DNA of 24,782 bases from Pseudobdellovibrionaceae bacterium (lineage in GTDB: Bacteria; Bdellovibrionota; Bdellovibrionia; Bdellovibrionales; Bdellovibrionaceae). Positions within the stretch are counted from its first letter, which is position 1, and every line of letters starts with the position of its first letter. The notes below the pieces were generated by a model that saw only the letters and a list, made by a program, of their open reading frames with translations, was not told the origin of the DNA and did not search any database. Location: the NCBI GenBank assembly GCA_041288045.1, contig JBGGMM010000018.1, positions 1 to 24,782 on the forward strand, written 5' to 3'. Shown piece by piece: positions 8,722 through 18,712 of this stretch. A program made the position numbers and the translations under genes.

Positions 8722-9312
8722 ATGGAGTTCTTGTCTCGAAATTTCATGTTTTCAATCGTGATTTTGACTCTGTCGATGCAGGCCGGGGCTGCCGTCTCGT
8801 CGATTTCAGGTCCGGTGGTCAATAAGTGCAATCCGCGCGATGTTCAGCAAAAGCAAATCAAATTCAAATCACTTGAATACAGTGTCAAAGAATCCGAAGT
8901 GGATTTTGCACGTGTGGATCAAAATTATCAGGCTCAGCTGGCGAAATCCATCGATCGCAGTGTTGGCAATATGAAAAAGGCAGGAATTTCAGATAAAAAG
9001 ACTCTGCAGAAATATCGAGATTTGGAATCGGCACTTCGCAACTTTCAGGAGCGACCCGATGATGAGCTGGAATCAACGGTTTCTGAAAACTATTTCCAAT
9101 TTATCAATCAGCTCAATGCCAATCCTGACTTTAGCATCTCTATGGTCAATGCCAATTATGTCTGGCTCAAAGAATTGAAAAAAGAGCAGGCCCTCTGGCA
9201 AAAATCTTTTGCGACAAAAAGCAAAGTTTTTGCGGATTACGTTGAAGCTATCAATGGCTATCATCAACTTCAAAAAACCTGCAAACTGGGAAAATACCAG
9301 GCCAGCAATTAA
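8722..9312 (+). CDS. Hypothetical secreted, helical/coiled-coil-like protein
   Basis: SD AAGGAG before ATG 8722; signal-peptide-like N-terminus (FMFSIVILTLSMQAGA); two Cys near the termini; no recognised family. Confidence 0.75.
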   Translation: MEFLSRNFMFSIVILTLSMQAGAAVSSISGPVVNKCNPRDVQQKQIKFKSLEYSVKESEVDFARVDQNYQAQLAKSIDRSVGNMKKAGISDKKTLQKYRDLESALRNFQERPDDELESTVSENYFQFINQLNANPDFSISMVNANYVWLKELKKEQALWQKSFATKSKVFADYVEAINGYHQLQKTCKLGKYQASN

Positions 9313-9316
9313 AAAG

Positions 9317-10186
9317 CTAAAGTAAAGGCTTCGTATCAGACAGTCGAGTGTAGAGCTCGGGTCTTCGATCTCTGAAAAAACCAAAAGCAGCACGATGACG
9401 GCGGATTTGTTCCAAATCAAATTGGGCCGTGATCACTCCGGTCTGCTGTCGATCCAATTCGGCCACTTTGTTCCCGCGGTGATCCGTGATAAATGAATGC
9501 CCATAAAAAGTTTGTTGAGCTTCAGTGCCGATTCGATTGGCGGCGATCACAGGAACCACATTGCTGACCGCATGGCCAATCATCGCTCTTTGCCAAAGAT
9601 CCTTGGTGTCAAGATTCGGTTCCTCTGGTTCCGTTCCAATGGCAGTCGGGTAAAGAAGAAGATCAGCCCCCAAAAGCATCATGGATCTTGCCGCTTCGGG
9701 AAACCATTGATCCCAACAAATGCCCACACCGATTTTCCCATAAGCTGTGTTCCAAACCTGAAAACCCGTGTTCCCGGGACGGAAATAATATTTTTCTTCA
9801 TAGCCAGGGCCATCAGGAATATGTGATTTGCGATAAAGCCCTAGCACGCTGCCATCGGCATCAATCATCGCTAGGCTATTGTAATAGTGCTGACCTTCCC
9901 GTTCAAAAAATGAAATCGGCAGAACCACTTTCAAATCTTTTGCTAATTTTTGAAAATGCAAAATTGTCGGGTGGTTTTGAAAAGGCTGGGCCAGTTCAAA
10001 AAACTCATCTTTTTCAAAAGTGCAGAAATAGACATTTTCAAAAAGTTCCGGTGGAAGAATCACTTGCGCACCTTTTCGGTGCGCTTCATGCAATAGTTCA
10101 GTCACACGCAAAACATTTCGCTGTTGATTGGTGTTGAAATCACTTTGCAAAGCTGCCACTTGAACATTCGATCGATTGGTGCTCAT
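9317..10186 (-). CDS. aguB: N-carbamoylputrescine amidase (nitrilase superfamily)
   Basis: E-K-C triad in PPELF, YRKSHIPDGPGYEEKYYF and GICWDQWFPE; YPTAIG; directly downstream of the agmatine deiminase. Confidence 0.95.
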   Translation of the reverse strand: MSTNRSNVQVAALQSDFNTNQQRNVLRVTELLHEAHRKGAQVILPPELFENVYFCTFEKDEFFELAQPFQNHPTILHFQKLAKDLKVVLPISFFEREGQHYYNSLAMIDADGSVLGLYRKSHIPDGPGYEEKYYFRPGNTGFQVWNTAYGKIGVGICWDQWFPEAARSMMLLGADLLLYPTAIGTEPEEPNLDTKDLWQRAMIGHAVSNVVPVIAANRIGTEAQQTFYGHSFITDHRGNKVAELDRQQTGVITAQFDLEQIRRHRAAFGFFRDRRPELYTRLSDTKPLL

Positions 10187-10199
10187 TGATATCCTTTTT

Positions 10200-11252
10200 T
10201 CAGACCGGTTGTTGCTGACTAATACAATGGAAGGCCCCGCCCCCCGTCAAGATGGATTTTGCAGAAAGGCCAACAGTGCGGCGTTCTGGGAAAAAAGAGG
10301 CAATTTCCGCAACTGCGTCCTGGTCCCAATCGCTGCCATAAGTGGGAACAATCACAGCCGAGTTGCTGATGTAAAAATTCAAATAGCTGGCCGGCATCAC
10401 TTCATCTTCGAAATTCAGAACTTTGCCTGGAGAGGGAACTGTGAAAACCTGCAAAGCCTGGCCCTGGGCATCCGTCATTTGTCGTAAATCTCTCTCGATC
10501 TCTTGTAAAATTTCGGAGTTGGGATCTTGGGATCCCGAAGCTCGCATGCACAAAGCCTTTCCCGGAGCCACAAACCGAGCGATTGTGTCGATATGACCGT
10601 CGGTGTGATCATTGAGCAGACCCTCATTGAGCCAGAGAATCTTTTGGACTGCGAATGATTCTTTCAAACCCTTTTCCAGATCCGCTTGGGACAAGTCGGG
10701 GTTTCGATTGGGATTGAGAAGGCATTGCCTGCTGGTCAGGCAAGTCCCTTGGCCATCCACTTCGATGGAGCCGCCTTCGAGCACCCAAGGCACAGAAAAA
10801 TGGCGATGAGGAATTTTCTGAGCTGAAGCTTTGGCAATTTCTGCTGCCAGCTCTCGATCAAAAGGAAGATTGTATTTCTCACCCCAGCCATTGAATTGAA
10901 ATCGCAAGGAAGCCAGTCCTTCGGACCCCTGAAGGAAAATCGGTGCCGTGTCTCTCAGCCAGATATCACCGAAGGGAATGAGGTGCAGTTGGACTGGAAG
11001 ATTTCGCAAAGCCAATTCAGCTTTTGCACCAGCTTCTAAATCAGCAACAAGGACATTCAAGCGCTCGCCGCGAACTTTTGAGGATTGGGCATCGACATCA
11101 GCAATGGCTTTGCAAAATTCAATGAATTCTTCTTGTGCAGGTTCTAAGTCCTCTTGCCATAAGTGAGAGTGACTGGGCCAGGCAAGCCAAACAGAATCAT
11201 GTTTTTCCCATTCAGCGGGCATTCGATATCCAAAGGCACTTGGTGAATTCAT
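10200..11252 (-). CDS. aguA: Agmatine deiminase
   Basis: MPAEWEKH..WLAWP, DIWLRDTAP, FNGWGEKY, LEGGSIEVDGQGT, DHTDGHID, ASYLNFY, GGGAFHCISQQQP; ATG 11252 has an AAGGGG SD. Confidence 0.93.
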   Translation of the reverse strand: MNSPSAFGYRMPAEWEKHDSVWLAWPSHSHLWQEDLEPAQEEFIEFCKAIADVDAQSSKVRGERLNVLVADLEAGAKAELALRNLPVQLHLIPFGDIWLRDTAPIFLQGSEGLASLRFQFNGWGEKYNLPFDRELAAEIAKASAQKIPHRHFSVPWVLEGGSIEVDGQGTCLTSRQCLLNPNRNPDLSQADLEKGLKESFAVQKILWLNEGLLNDHTDGHIDTIARFVAPGKALCMRASGSQDPNSEILQEIERDLRQMTDAQGQALQVFTVPSPGKVLNFEDEVMPASYLNFYISNSAVIVPTYGSDWDQDAVAEIASFFPERRTVGLSAKSILTGGGAFHCISQQQPV

Positions 11253-11379
11253 TGATGTGATCCCCTTGTCGATTTTTTTGATCAAAAAAGGTCATCATTG
11301 AAATTGAAAAAAGAAAACTAAAAAACAAAAGAGCAATTATTCAATCGCGTGAATTTTTGATGAAGTGGAATATATACTC

Positions 11380-11398
11380 GAGCAAAGAATAACTGCTC
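11380..11398. promoter_or_regulatory. Inverted repeat GAGCA-N9-TGCTC, possible NtrC-like activator site
   Basis: The GCA-N9-TGC spacing equals that of the NtrC consensus TGCACCA-N3-TGGTGCA; it lies upstream of the sigma54 motif, closer than typical enhancers. Confidence 0.3.
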
Positions 11399-11420
11399 TA
11401 GATAAAAAGAAAAATTTCTT

Positions 11421-11436
11421 TGGATCAAGGATTGCA
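11421..11436 (+). promoter_or_regulatory. Sigma54 (-24/-12) promoter TGGATC-AAGGA-TTGCA of amtB-gltBD
   Basis: TGG-N10-GC with TTGCA at -12, about 57 nt upstream of the amtB ATG; amtB operons are classically sigma54/NtrC-controlled. Confidence 0.65.
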
Positions 11437-11493
11437 ATTTTTCATCGAAGCTAGATAGCATTCATGCGTTTGAATGAAAAAGGAGAAATAAGA

Positions 11494-12807
11494 ATGGATG
11501 CGCAAACAACAGTGAACACCGGGGACACCGCTTGGATGTTAATCTCCACAGCCTTGGTGCTTTTAATGACACCAGGCTTGGCTTTTTTCTATGCCGGAAT
11601 GGTAAGAGCAAAAAATGTGGTCTCTACACTTTTTCAAAGTGTCAGCGCTGTGGCTGTTGTCGGATTGCTCTGGGCAGTGGCGGGATACAGTTTGGTTTTT
11701 TCCGGCGATAAAGGCGGACTCATTGGAAATTTAGACCTCGCGTTTTTACAAGGCGTGGGTCTTGATCCGCATCCAACGTACGGGCCGACGATACCGCATG
11801 TTCTTTTCATGGCCTTTCAGATGATGTTTGCAGTGATCACTCCGGCTCTGATCACTGGAGCTTTCGCTGAGAGAATCAACTTTAAAGCTTGGATTCCATT
11901 TATGGCTTTGTGGGTTCTCGCGGTTTACATTCCAATTGCTCACTGGGTCTGGGGACCGAATGGTTGGATTGCGCAACTGGGGGGCTTGGATTTCGCTGGT
12001 GGCTTAGTGGTTCATATGAGTGCTGGCTTTTCCGCTTTGGCAGCCAGTCTTTATTTGGGAAGACGGGCGGATCATCGAGTCGTTCCGATGAAGAGCTACA
12101 ATATCGCCTTGGTTGTCTTGGGAACGGCCCTTTTGACATTTGGCTGGTTTGGTTTCAACGCCGGTTCAGCACTGGGGGCGAATGGCCTCGCGGCGCAAGC
12201 TCTGGCCACCACTTTCTTTGGTTGTGCAGCTGCCAGCTTTGCTTGGATGATGATGGATTGGGTTTTAGATAAACCCACATTGGTGGGCTCCAGTGTCGGA
12301 GCCGTGGCTGGACTTGTGGCGATCACTCCAGCTGCTGGTTATGTCACTCTACCTGCAGCTTTGTTGATTGGACTGTGTGCAGGCCTTGTTTGCAACGGAG
12401 CGGTTCGCGCAGTCAAAAAATATTTGCATGTGATGGATGACACCTTGGATGTTTTTGCCTGTCATGGAGTGGGCGGTCTTTTGGGAACAATTCTGACAGG
12501 AGTTTTTGCCTCGAAAGCTGTGAATCCTGCAGCCGCGAATGGCCTCTACTACGGTGAGAGCAAGGTTTTTGTAGCCAATTTGATTGCTGCTGGCGTGGTT
12601 GCTCTTTTTTCTGTGGCGGCCAGTTTTCTTTTGTTTCGAATAGTCGAAGTGATGGTGCCAGTCCGAGTTCCACGCGAGCTTGAAGAAAAAGGCCTGGATA
12701 CTTTGCATGGCGAAGAAATTTTGGCTTTGGACGAAGTCTACATTTCGGAAAATCGGCTTTCTGTTCATTCAACTCCGAAACTCCAAAGTGCGGAGATGTC
12801 CCACTGA
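11494..12807 (+). CDS. amtB: Ammonium transporter (Amt family)
   Basis: GDTAWML..TALVLLMTPGLAFFYAG, FQMMFAVITPALITGAFAER, LDFAGGLVVH and DDTLDVFACHG (twin His), GWFGFNAGS, GAVAGLVAITPAAG; SD AAGGAG before ATG 11494. Confidence 0.97.
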   Translation: MDAQTTVNTGDTAWMLISTALVLLMTPGLAFFYAGMVRAKNVVSTLFQSVSAVAVVGLLWAVAGYSLVFSGDKGGLIGNLDLAFLQGVGLDPHPTYGPTIPHVLFMAFQMMFAVITPALITGAFAERINFKAWIPFMALWVLAVYIPIAHWVWGPNGWIAQLGGLDFAGGLVVHMSAGFSALAASLYLGRRADHRVVPMKSYNIALVVLGTALLTFGWFGFNAGSALGANGLAAQALATTFFGCAAASFAWMMMDWVLDKPTLVGSSVGAVAGLVAITPAAGYVTLPAALLIGLCAGLVCNGAVRAVKKYLHVMDDTLDVFACHGVGGLLGTILTGVFASKAVNPAAANGLYYGESKVFVANLIAAGVVALFSVAASFLLFRIVEVMVPVRVPRELEEKGLDTLHGEEILALDEVYISENRLSVHSTPKLQSAEMSH

Positions 12808-15800
12808 TGAAATATCAGATGAGATATCGGCAGGGACTTTATGATGAAAGCTTTGAAAAGGATGCCTGTGGAATTGGCTTTATCCTCAATGCCCAAAGAC
12901 CTGCACAGCATGAAATCGTGCAAAAAGGCCTTGAGATTTTGGCTGGCCTTTCCCATCGCAGTGCCTTAGGGGCTGACAATGCCACGAGTGATGGTGCGGG
13001 ATTGATGTTGCAGATCCCAGATCTTTTTCTTCGCCAAGAATTAAAAAAGCTTTCTCTCACTGAAGATCTGCCGCCGCCTGGGCAATATGCTTTGGGGCAG
13101 ATTTTTTCACCGCCTGGTTTTTTTGCGCATACCTCTCATTGGACGCAATTGCAGCTTCAGGCCCAAGAGCTGGGATTTCGAATCTTTTGCTTGCGCCAGT
13201 TAAAAGTAGACTCCCAAGTCCTAGGCGAGCAAGCCAAATCAGTTGAACCCGACATTCATCAAATCATTTTGGTTCCCGAATCAGGACAGGCGGAAACGCA
13301 GGTTCGAAATCTCTTTCTTTTTCGCAGAAGATCCGAGTCTCTTTTTCGCCAGTGGAGCGGATGCCTGGATCCGATGACCGGCAAAGCGAAATCGCAGTTT
13401 TATTTCTGCAGTCTTTCCTTTGAAACAGTTATTTATAAAGGTTTGATGCAACCCAAAGATTTGGGCCGCTATTATGTGGATTTGCAAGACCCTCTCATGG
13501 TCAGCCAGCTGGCAATTGTGCATTCTCGCTTTAGCACCAACACTTTGCCAGCTTGGGAGTTGGCGCAGCCTTTTCGTTACTCTTGTCACAACGGAGAGAT
13601 CAACACCATCAAAGGCAATCGGCATTGGATGAAAGCCCGTGAAAAAGATTTTTGGCGGCAGATGCGGCTTTCGGAAGAAGCCCCGCTTCTCAGTGAAAAT
13701 CGCAGTGACTCGACAAGCTTGGATGAAGCTTTGGAGCTGCTTCTCATGCGGGGCTATTCTCTCACTCAGGCGATGATGATTTTGATTCCTGAGCCTTGGG
13801 AGGATTCAAGCCGACTTTGTGATGAGTTGAAGGACTTTTATCAATACTATTCGCTTCGAATGGAAGCTTGGGATGGGCCGGCGGCTCTGTGTTTTTCAGA
13901 TGGCCCTTTTTTTGGCGCCCGGCTGGATCGAAATGGTTTAAGGCCTTTTCGCTTTCAGCTTCTGAAAAACGGAACTTTGATGGGTGGATCGGAAGCTGGT
14001 GTTTTGCCGGTTGCCGATCAAGAAATTCGCCTCAAAGGCAGGTTGAAGCCAGGGCAGATTTTGCTTGTGGATCTTCGCTCTGGGAGGATGGATCTCAATG
14101 ACGAATCCAAATCCGTTTTGGCAAAAACAAAAGATATTCACAAGCTCTTGAAAGCTGAAATCCTCAAGCCCCAGCCAATCGAGTTCGCCCAAAACAAAAG
14201 GCAAACTTTGGATTGGAAAAATTTGCTTCGCTTTGGTTATCATTACGATGAAATCCTGCAAGTGCTTTTGCCGATGTTAAAAGACGGAGAAGAAGCCATC
14301 TCCTCGATGGGTGCAGATACTTCATTGGCTCTTTTAAATAATGAACCTCAGCTTTTGGATCGGTACTTTCGCCAGATGTTCGCGCAGGTGACGAATCCAC
14401 CAATTGATCCCATTCGTGAAAAATCAGTGATGTCGCTGATGACTTTCGTTGGCAGCAAGCCTTCGCCTTTTCAGTTGGAATCGGATGGCAAGAAGCGAAT
14501 TTTATTTTCCCATCCTTTGGTCAGCCCCCAGCAGCTGCATGGTTTGAAAATTGAAACTTTAGATGGAAGCTTTGAGTATCGGAGCCAAAGTCTTCAGGAA
14601 AGACTTGTGTCGCTCCAAGCTCAAGCTGAATTCTATGCGCAATCGGGAGCAGAAGTTTTGATTCTCTCGGATGAAAAATGCGACACACAAAGAGCTGCCA
14701 TTCCATCCTTGCTTTTGGTTTCAGCCATTCATTCGCATTTGATCCGAAAGCAATTGCGCTTGCGGCTGTCCCTCTTGGTGGACAGTGCTGAGCTTCGAAA
14801 TGTGCATCAAATGGCTTGCCTCTTGTCTTTTGGTGCTGATGCTTTGAATCCAAGGATTGTGCCTGATCTCATTTTGGAATTGCAAAAACAAAACCTCATT
14901 CCCCAGTCTCTTTCAACTGAGAATGTGATGAAAAACTATCAGCAGGCTGTTCAAAAAGGTCTGCTGAAAATTCTTTCGAAACTTGGAATATCCACTTTGC
15001 AGTCTTACAAAGGAGCTCAAACTTTTGAAATTCTCGGTTTGGGAGATGAAGTCGTCAGTCGCTATTTTCCGGGAACTGTGTCGCGAATTGGTGGATTGAA
15101 TCTGGAACAGATTGCTGAAGAAGTCAAAAGGCGATGGGAAAATCCATTGATTCCCGATGTGCAGGGACTGTGGGATTTGCCCTCCCGCGGCGATGTGCAC
15201 TATCGCAGTCAAGGGGAGCATCATCAATGGAATCCAATGACGATTGCAAAGCTTCAAATCGCAAGTCGCAATCAGGACATTGAAAGCTACCAGGAATTTT
15301 CAAAACTTTTGCAGGAATCAGATCGTGGCACTCTTCGTGGTGCCTTGAAGTGGAAAAAAGTTTCGAGTCCTCTCGAGCTCTCTCAGGTCGAGGAGGCAGA
15401 AAGCATTGTTCGCAGATTCACAACAGGGGCGATGTCTTTAGGAGCTCTCAGTTCGGAAGCTCATGAAACTCTGGCCATCGCCATGAACCGGATTCAAGCG
15501 AAAAGCAATTCCGGCGAAGGCGGCGAGGACCCACGTCGGTTTCAGCCTTTGGCAAACGGTGATCAAAAGAATTCGGCAATCAAACAAATTGCCTCGGCTC
15601 GATTTGGAGTGACGACGGATTATTTGACCAGTGCCAAAGAGCTGCAAATCAAAATGGCTCAAGGTGCAAAGCCTGGAGAGGGAGGTCAACTTCCTGGAGC
15701 CAAAGTAGATGCCGAAATTGCCAGAATTCGCCATTCCATCCCCGGGGTGACCTTGATCTCTCCACCTCCACACCATGATATCTATTCGATCGAAGATTTA

Positions 15801-17267
15801 GCGCAGTTGATTCATGATTTGAAGTCCGTCCATCCAGAGGCCGTGATTTCGGTTAAATTGGTTTCCGAAGCGGGCGTGGGGACGGTTGCCGCCGGAGTGG
15901 CTAAAGCCAAAGCGCAAAAAATCTTGATCAGTGGTGATGGCGGTGGCACAGGGGCTTCGCCGCTTTCATCCATTCAATCAGCTGGTGTGCCTTGGGAGCT
16001 GGGATTAGCAGAAGCACATCAAACACTGACTCGAAATGGCTTGCGAAGCCGAGTCCGGCTTGAAGCCGATGGTCAACTGCGCTCAGGCCGGGATGTGGCA
16101 TTAGCTGCGGCTTTGGGGGCTGATGAATTTGGATTTGCCACTGCCCCTTTGATCGTCCAAGGCTGCACAATGATGAGAAAATGCCATTTGAACACTTGCC
16201 CTGTTGGCATCGCCACTCAAGATCCTGAGCTGAGACAGAAATTTTCTGGATTGCCAGAGCACGTGGTGAATTATTTCTTCTTCGTTGCTGAAGAGCTTCG
16301 GCAAATCATGGCTTCTCTGGGAATTGCCAAAGTTGAGGATTTGATCGGCCGGTCTGACCTTTTGGATTTTGAGGCGCCTTCTCATCATTGGAAAGGGAAA
16401 AGCCTTGATCTCAGTCGACTTCTTGAAAGGGCCTCTGAGCTCGAGTTTCAAAGTGCTTTCGCGAAAACTGCGCGCAAGCTCGTCCATTTTTCTGAATCTT
16501 TCGATTTCGCAATTCAAAAAAGAATCAGCACTCGAGACCGCGCCGTCGGATCTGGGCTTTCGGGTGAAAGAAGCCGCCTGAAGAGGCAAAAACACTCCCT
16601 CTATCCCGCAGAGCATTTTCTCATGGGCTCGGCGGGTCAGTCCTTCGGGGCTTTTCTTGGGGAAGGATTGACCCTGAGGTTAGTGGGTGAAGCCAATGAC
16701 TATGTCGGCAAAGGACTGAGTGGTGGAAATCTGGTGATTCGGTTTTCACCTGATTATCAAGGAGAGAGCTTGGAATCAATTTTGGTTGGGAATACCTGTT
16801 TGTACGGGGCCACATCGGGGAAAGCTTTTTTCGCAGGTGGCGCTGGTGAAAGGTTTGCAGTTCGAAACAGCGGTGCTCTTTCTGTTGTCGAGGCCATCGG
16901 AGATCATGGCTGCGAGTACATGACGGGTGGAGCTGTGGTTGTTCTCAGCACTCCTGGCTTTAATTTTGCCGCTGGAATGTCGGGTGGCGTGGCCTTTATC
17001 TATGACGAAGAAGGTCTTTTTCTGGAGAGATGCAATCGCGGCCTAGTGGAAATCGAAAATCATTTCAATCTAGAAGATGAAAAATTTCTTTTTGAACTTT
17101 TATCTGACTTTGCCAATGAAACCGAAAGCAAAAAGGCCCAGTTGATTCTTTCAAATTGGCAAGCGATGAAGTCGAATTTCGTCAAAGTGATTCCAAGCGA
17201 ATACAAAAAAGCCAAAGCCTTGGCTAAAAACAATCTCCGGCCGGCAATGGAATCAGCAATCCTATGA
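12807..17267 (+). CDS. gltB: Glutamate synthase large subunit
   Basis: EKDACGIGF (catalytic Cys after propeptide), HSRFSTNT, HNGEINT, WDGPA, FAQVTNPPIDP, SNSGEGGED, KMAQGAKPGEGGQLPG, CTMMRKCHLNTCPVG (3Fe-4S), GXGXG domain (ANDYVGKGLSGG, AGERFAVRNSG). Confidence 0.97.
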   Translation: MKYQMRYRQGLYDESFEKDACGIGFILNAQRPAQHEIVQKGLEILAGLSHRSALGADNATSDGAGLMLQIPDLFLRQELKKLSLTEDLPPPGQYALGQIFSPPGFFAHTSHWTQLQLQAQELGFRIFCLRQLKVDSQVLGEQAKSVEPDIHQIILVPESGQAETQVRNLFLFRRRSESLFRQWSGCLDPMTGKAKSQFYFCSLSFETVIYKGLMQPKDLGRYYVDLQDPLMVSQLAIVHSRFSTNTLPAWELAQPFRYSCHNGEINTIKGNRHWMKAREKDFWRQMRLSEEAPLLSENRSDSTSLDEALELLLMRGYSLTQAMMILIPEPWEDSSRLCDELKDFYQYYSLRMEAWDGPAALCFSDGPFFGARLDRNGLRPFRFQLLKNGTLMGGSEAGVLPVADQEIRLKGRLKPGQILLVDLRSGRMDLNDESKSVLAKTKDIHKLLKAEILKPQPIEFAQNKRQTLDWKNLLRFGYHYDEILQVLLPMLKDGEEAISSMGADTSLALLNNEPQLLDRYFRQMFAQVTNPPIDPIREKSVMSLMTFVGSKPSPFQLESDGKKRILFSHPLVSPQQLHGLKIETLDGSFEYRSQSLQERLVSLQAQAEFYAQSGAEVLILSDEKCDTQRAAIPSLLLVSAIHSHLIRKQLRLRLSLLVDSAELRNVHQMACLLSFGADALNPRIVPDLILELQKQNLIPQSLSTENVMKNYQQAVQKGLLKILSKLGISTLQSYKGAQTFEILGLGDEVVSRYFPGTVSRIGGLNLEQIAEEVKRRWENPLIPDVQGLWDLPSRGDVHYRSQGEHHQWNPMTIAKLQIASRNQDIESYQEFSKLLQESDRGTLRGALKWKKVSSPLELSQVEEAESIVRRFTTGAMSLGALSSEAHETLAIAMNRIQAKSNSGEGGEDPRRFQPLANGDQKNSAIKQIASARFGVTTDYLTSAKELQIKMAQGAKPGEGGQLPGAKVDAEIARIRHSIPGVTLISPPPHHDIYSIEDLAQLIHDLKSVHPEAVISVKLVSEAGVGTVAAGVAKAKAQKILISGDGGGTGASPLSSIQSAGVPWELGLAEAHQTLTRNGLRSRVRLEADGQLRSGRDVALAAALGADEFGFATAPLIVQGCTMMRKCHLNTCPVGIATQDPELRQKFSGLPEHVVNYFFFVAEELRQIMASLGIAKVEDLIGRSDLLDFEAPSHHWKGKSLDLSRLLERASELEFQSAFAKTARKLVHFSESFDFAIQKRISTRDRAVGSGLSGERSRLKRQKHSLYPAEHFLMGSAGQSFGAFLGEGLTLRLVGEANDYVGKGLSGGNLVIRFSPDYQGESLESILVGNTCLYGATSGKAFFAGGAGERFAVRNSGALSVVEAIGDHGCEYMTGGAVVVLSTPGFNFAAGMSGGVAFIYDEEGLFLERCNRGLVEIENHFNLEDEKFLFELLSDFANETESKKAQLILSNWQAMKSNFVKVIPSEYKKAKALAKNNLRPAMESAIL

Positions 17268-18655
17268 AAAACACAAAAAGCTTTTATCAGATTCAAAGAC
17301 AGGAAATCCCCCGCCGTTCTGTCGGTGTTAGAAAAACGGACTGGAAAGAAGTCGATCAAACCCCAGACTTTCAGATGATGGCTCAGCAGGCTGAGCGGTG
17401 CATGGATTGCGGAGTTCCTTTTTGCCAAAGCGAAACCGGGTGTCCTGTTGACAATGATATCCCTGATTGGAATCAGCTGACCTCTCAGGGGCGTTTGCAC
17501 GAAGCTTTGACCCGTCTTCAAGCGACCAATAATTTTCCAGAAATGACCGGCAGATTGTGTCCAGCGCCCTGTGAATCCGCCTGTGTGCTGGGACTTCGCT
17601 CCGATCCTGTGAATATTCGAGCCATCGAATGGGGGCTGGTTGAAGAGGGATTTCGCCAGGGTTGGATTCAGCCCAAGCCTGCAGTGAAAAAAACCGAAAG
17701 AAAAATTGCGATCATTGGCTCTGGCCCAGCCGGTCTCGCAGCTGCACAACAGCTCGCGAGGCAAGGTCATTCAGTGACAGTGTTTGAAAAAGAAAGGCAA
17801 GCTGGCGGTCTTCTTCGCTACGGAATTCCAGATTTCAAATTGCAAAAATCCTGGGTGGATCGGCGGTTGACTCAGCTGCAGGCTGAAGGGGTTGAATTGA
17901 AAACCTCTACTTGTTTGGGAAAAGATTTTGACTATCAAGATTTGCAAAAAAATTTTGAGGTTGTGGCGCTCGCCATGGGAGCTGAAAAGCCCCGGGATCT
18001 GCTGGTTCCTGGACGGGAACTGAGGGGCATTCATTTAGCAATGGATTATCTGAAAGATCAAAATCGCTTTTTCTCAGGAGAAAGCCAGGATCTTCAGATC
18101 AATGCTCGTGGCAAGCGAGTGGTCATCCTCGGAGGCGGAGATACGGGCTCCGACTGTTTAGGGACGGCTTTGCGCCAAGAGGCTTTGAGTGTCGTTCAAT
18201 TTGAAATCCAAGCCCAGCCATCTGAATTACGAAGTGAAAAGACTCCCTGGCCCTTCTGGCCAATGAAGCTCAAAGTTTCTCATGCTCATGAAGAGGGAGG
18301 CAGTCGGCAGTGGAGCTTTTCCACGGAGGCCTTCCTTGGGAGTGGGGGCCGAGTTGAAAAGTTAGCCGTGCGAAAATTAGGAGACAAAGGCTCTGATTCG
18401 CTCATGACCTGGGAAGCAGATCTGGTTTTTTTAGCTCTTGGATTCACCGGCATCCAAAGAGACTATCTCAAATCCATTCCAAATTTGAAAATCAGTGAGA
18501 ATGGCCGCATTCAAACGGATCAGTTTCAAACGTCTGAACCAGGAGTCTTCGCATGTGGAGACAGTCAAAGAGGAGCGAGTTTGATTGTTTGGGCGATTGC
18601 AGAGGGACGAAAGATGGCGACTGCGATTGAAGCCTATCTGGCAAAAGAAAAATAA
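17264..18655 (+). CDS. gltD: Glutamate synthase small subunit
   Basis: RCMDCGVPFC..GCP, NNFPEMTGRLCPAPCESAC, GSGPAG, GGLLRYGIPDFKL, GGGDTGSDC, RGASLIVWAIAEGR; ATGA overlap with gltB. Confidence 0.97.
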   Translation: MKNTKSFYQIQRQEIPRRSVGVRKTDWKEVDQTPDFQMMAQQAERCMDCGVPFCQSETGCPVDNDIPDWNQLTSQGRLHEALTRLQATNNFPEMTGRLCPAPCESACVLGLRSDPVNIRAIEWGLVEEGFRQGWIQPKPAVKKTERKIAIIGSGPAGLAAAQQLARQGHSVTVFEKERQAGGLLRYGIPDFKLQKSWVDRRLTQLQAEGVELKTSTCLGKDFDYQDLQKNFEVVALAMGAEKPRDLLVPGRELRGIHLAMDYLKDQNRFFSGESQDLQINARGKRVVILGGGDTGSDCLGTALRQEALSVVQFEIQAQPSELRSEKTPWPFWPMKLKVSHAHEEGGSRQWSFSTEAFLGSGGRVEKLAVRKLGDKGSDSLMTWEADLVFLALGFTGIQRDYLKSIPNLKISENGRIQTDQFQTSEPGVFACGDSQRGASLIVWAIAEGRKMATAIEAYLAKEK

Positions 18656-18690
18656 AAAAAAGACCAGCCTTTTAGAAATTGGCTGGTCTT
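18654..18690. terminator. Intrinsic terminator between the convergent gltD and hypothetical genes (probably bidirectional)
   Basis: 10-bp perfect stem AAGACCAGCC (18660-18669) / GGCTGGTCTT (18681-18690); the A-run on the left gives the U-tail for the minus-strand gene. Confidence 0.8.
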
Positions 18691-18712
18691 AAAATGATTC
18701 TTTGAAAGAAAA

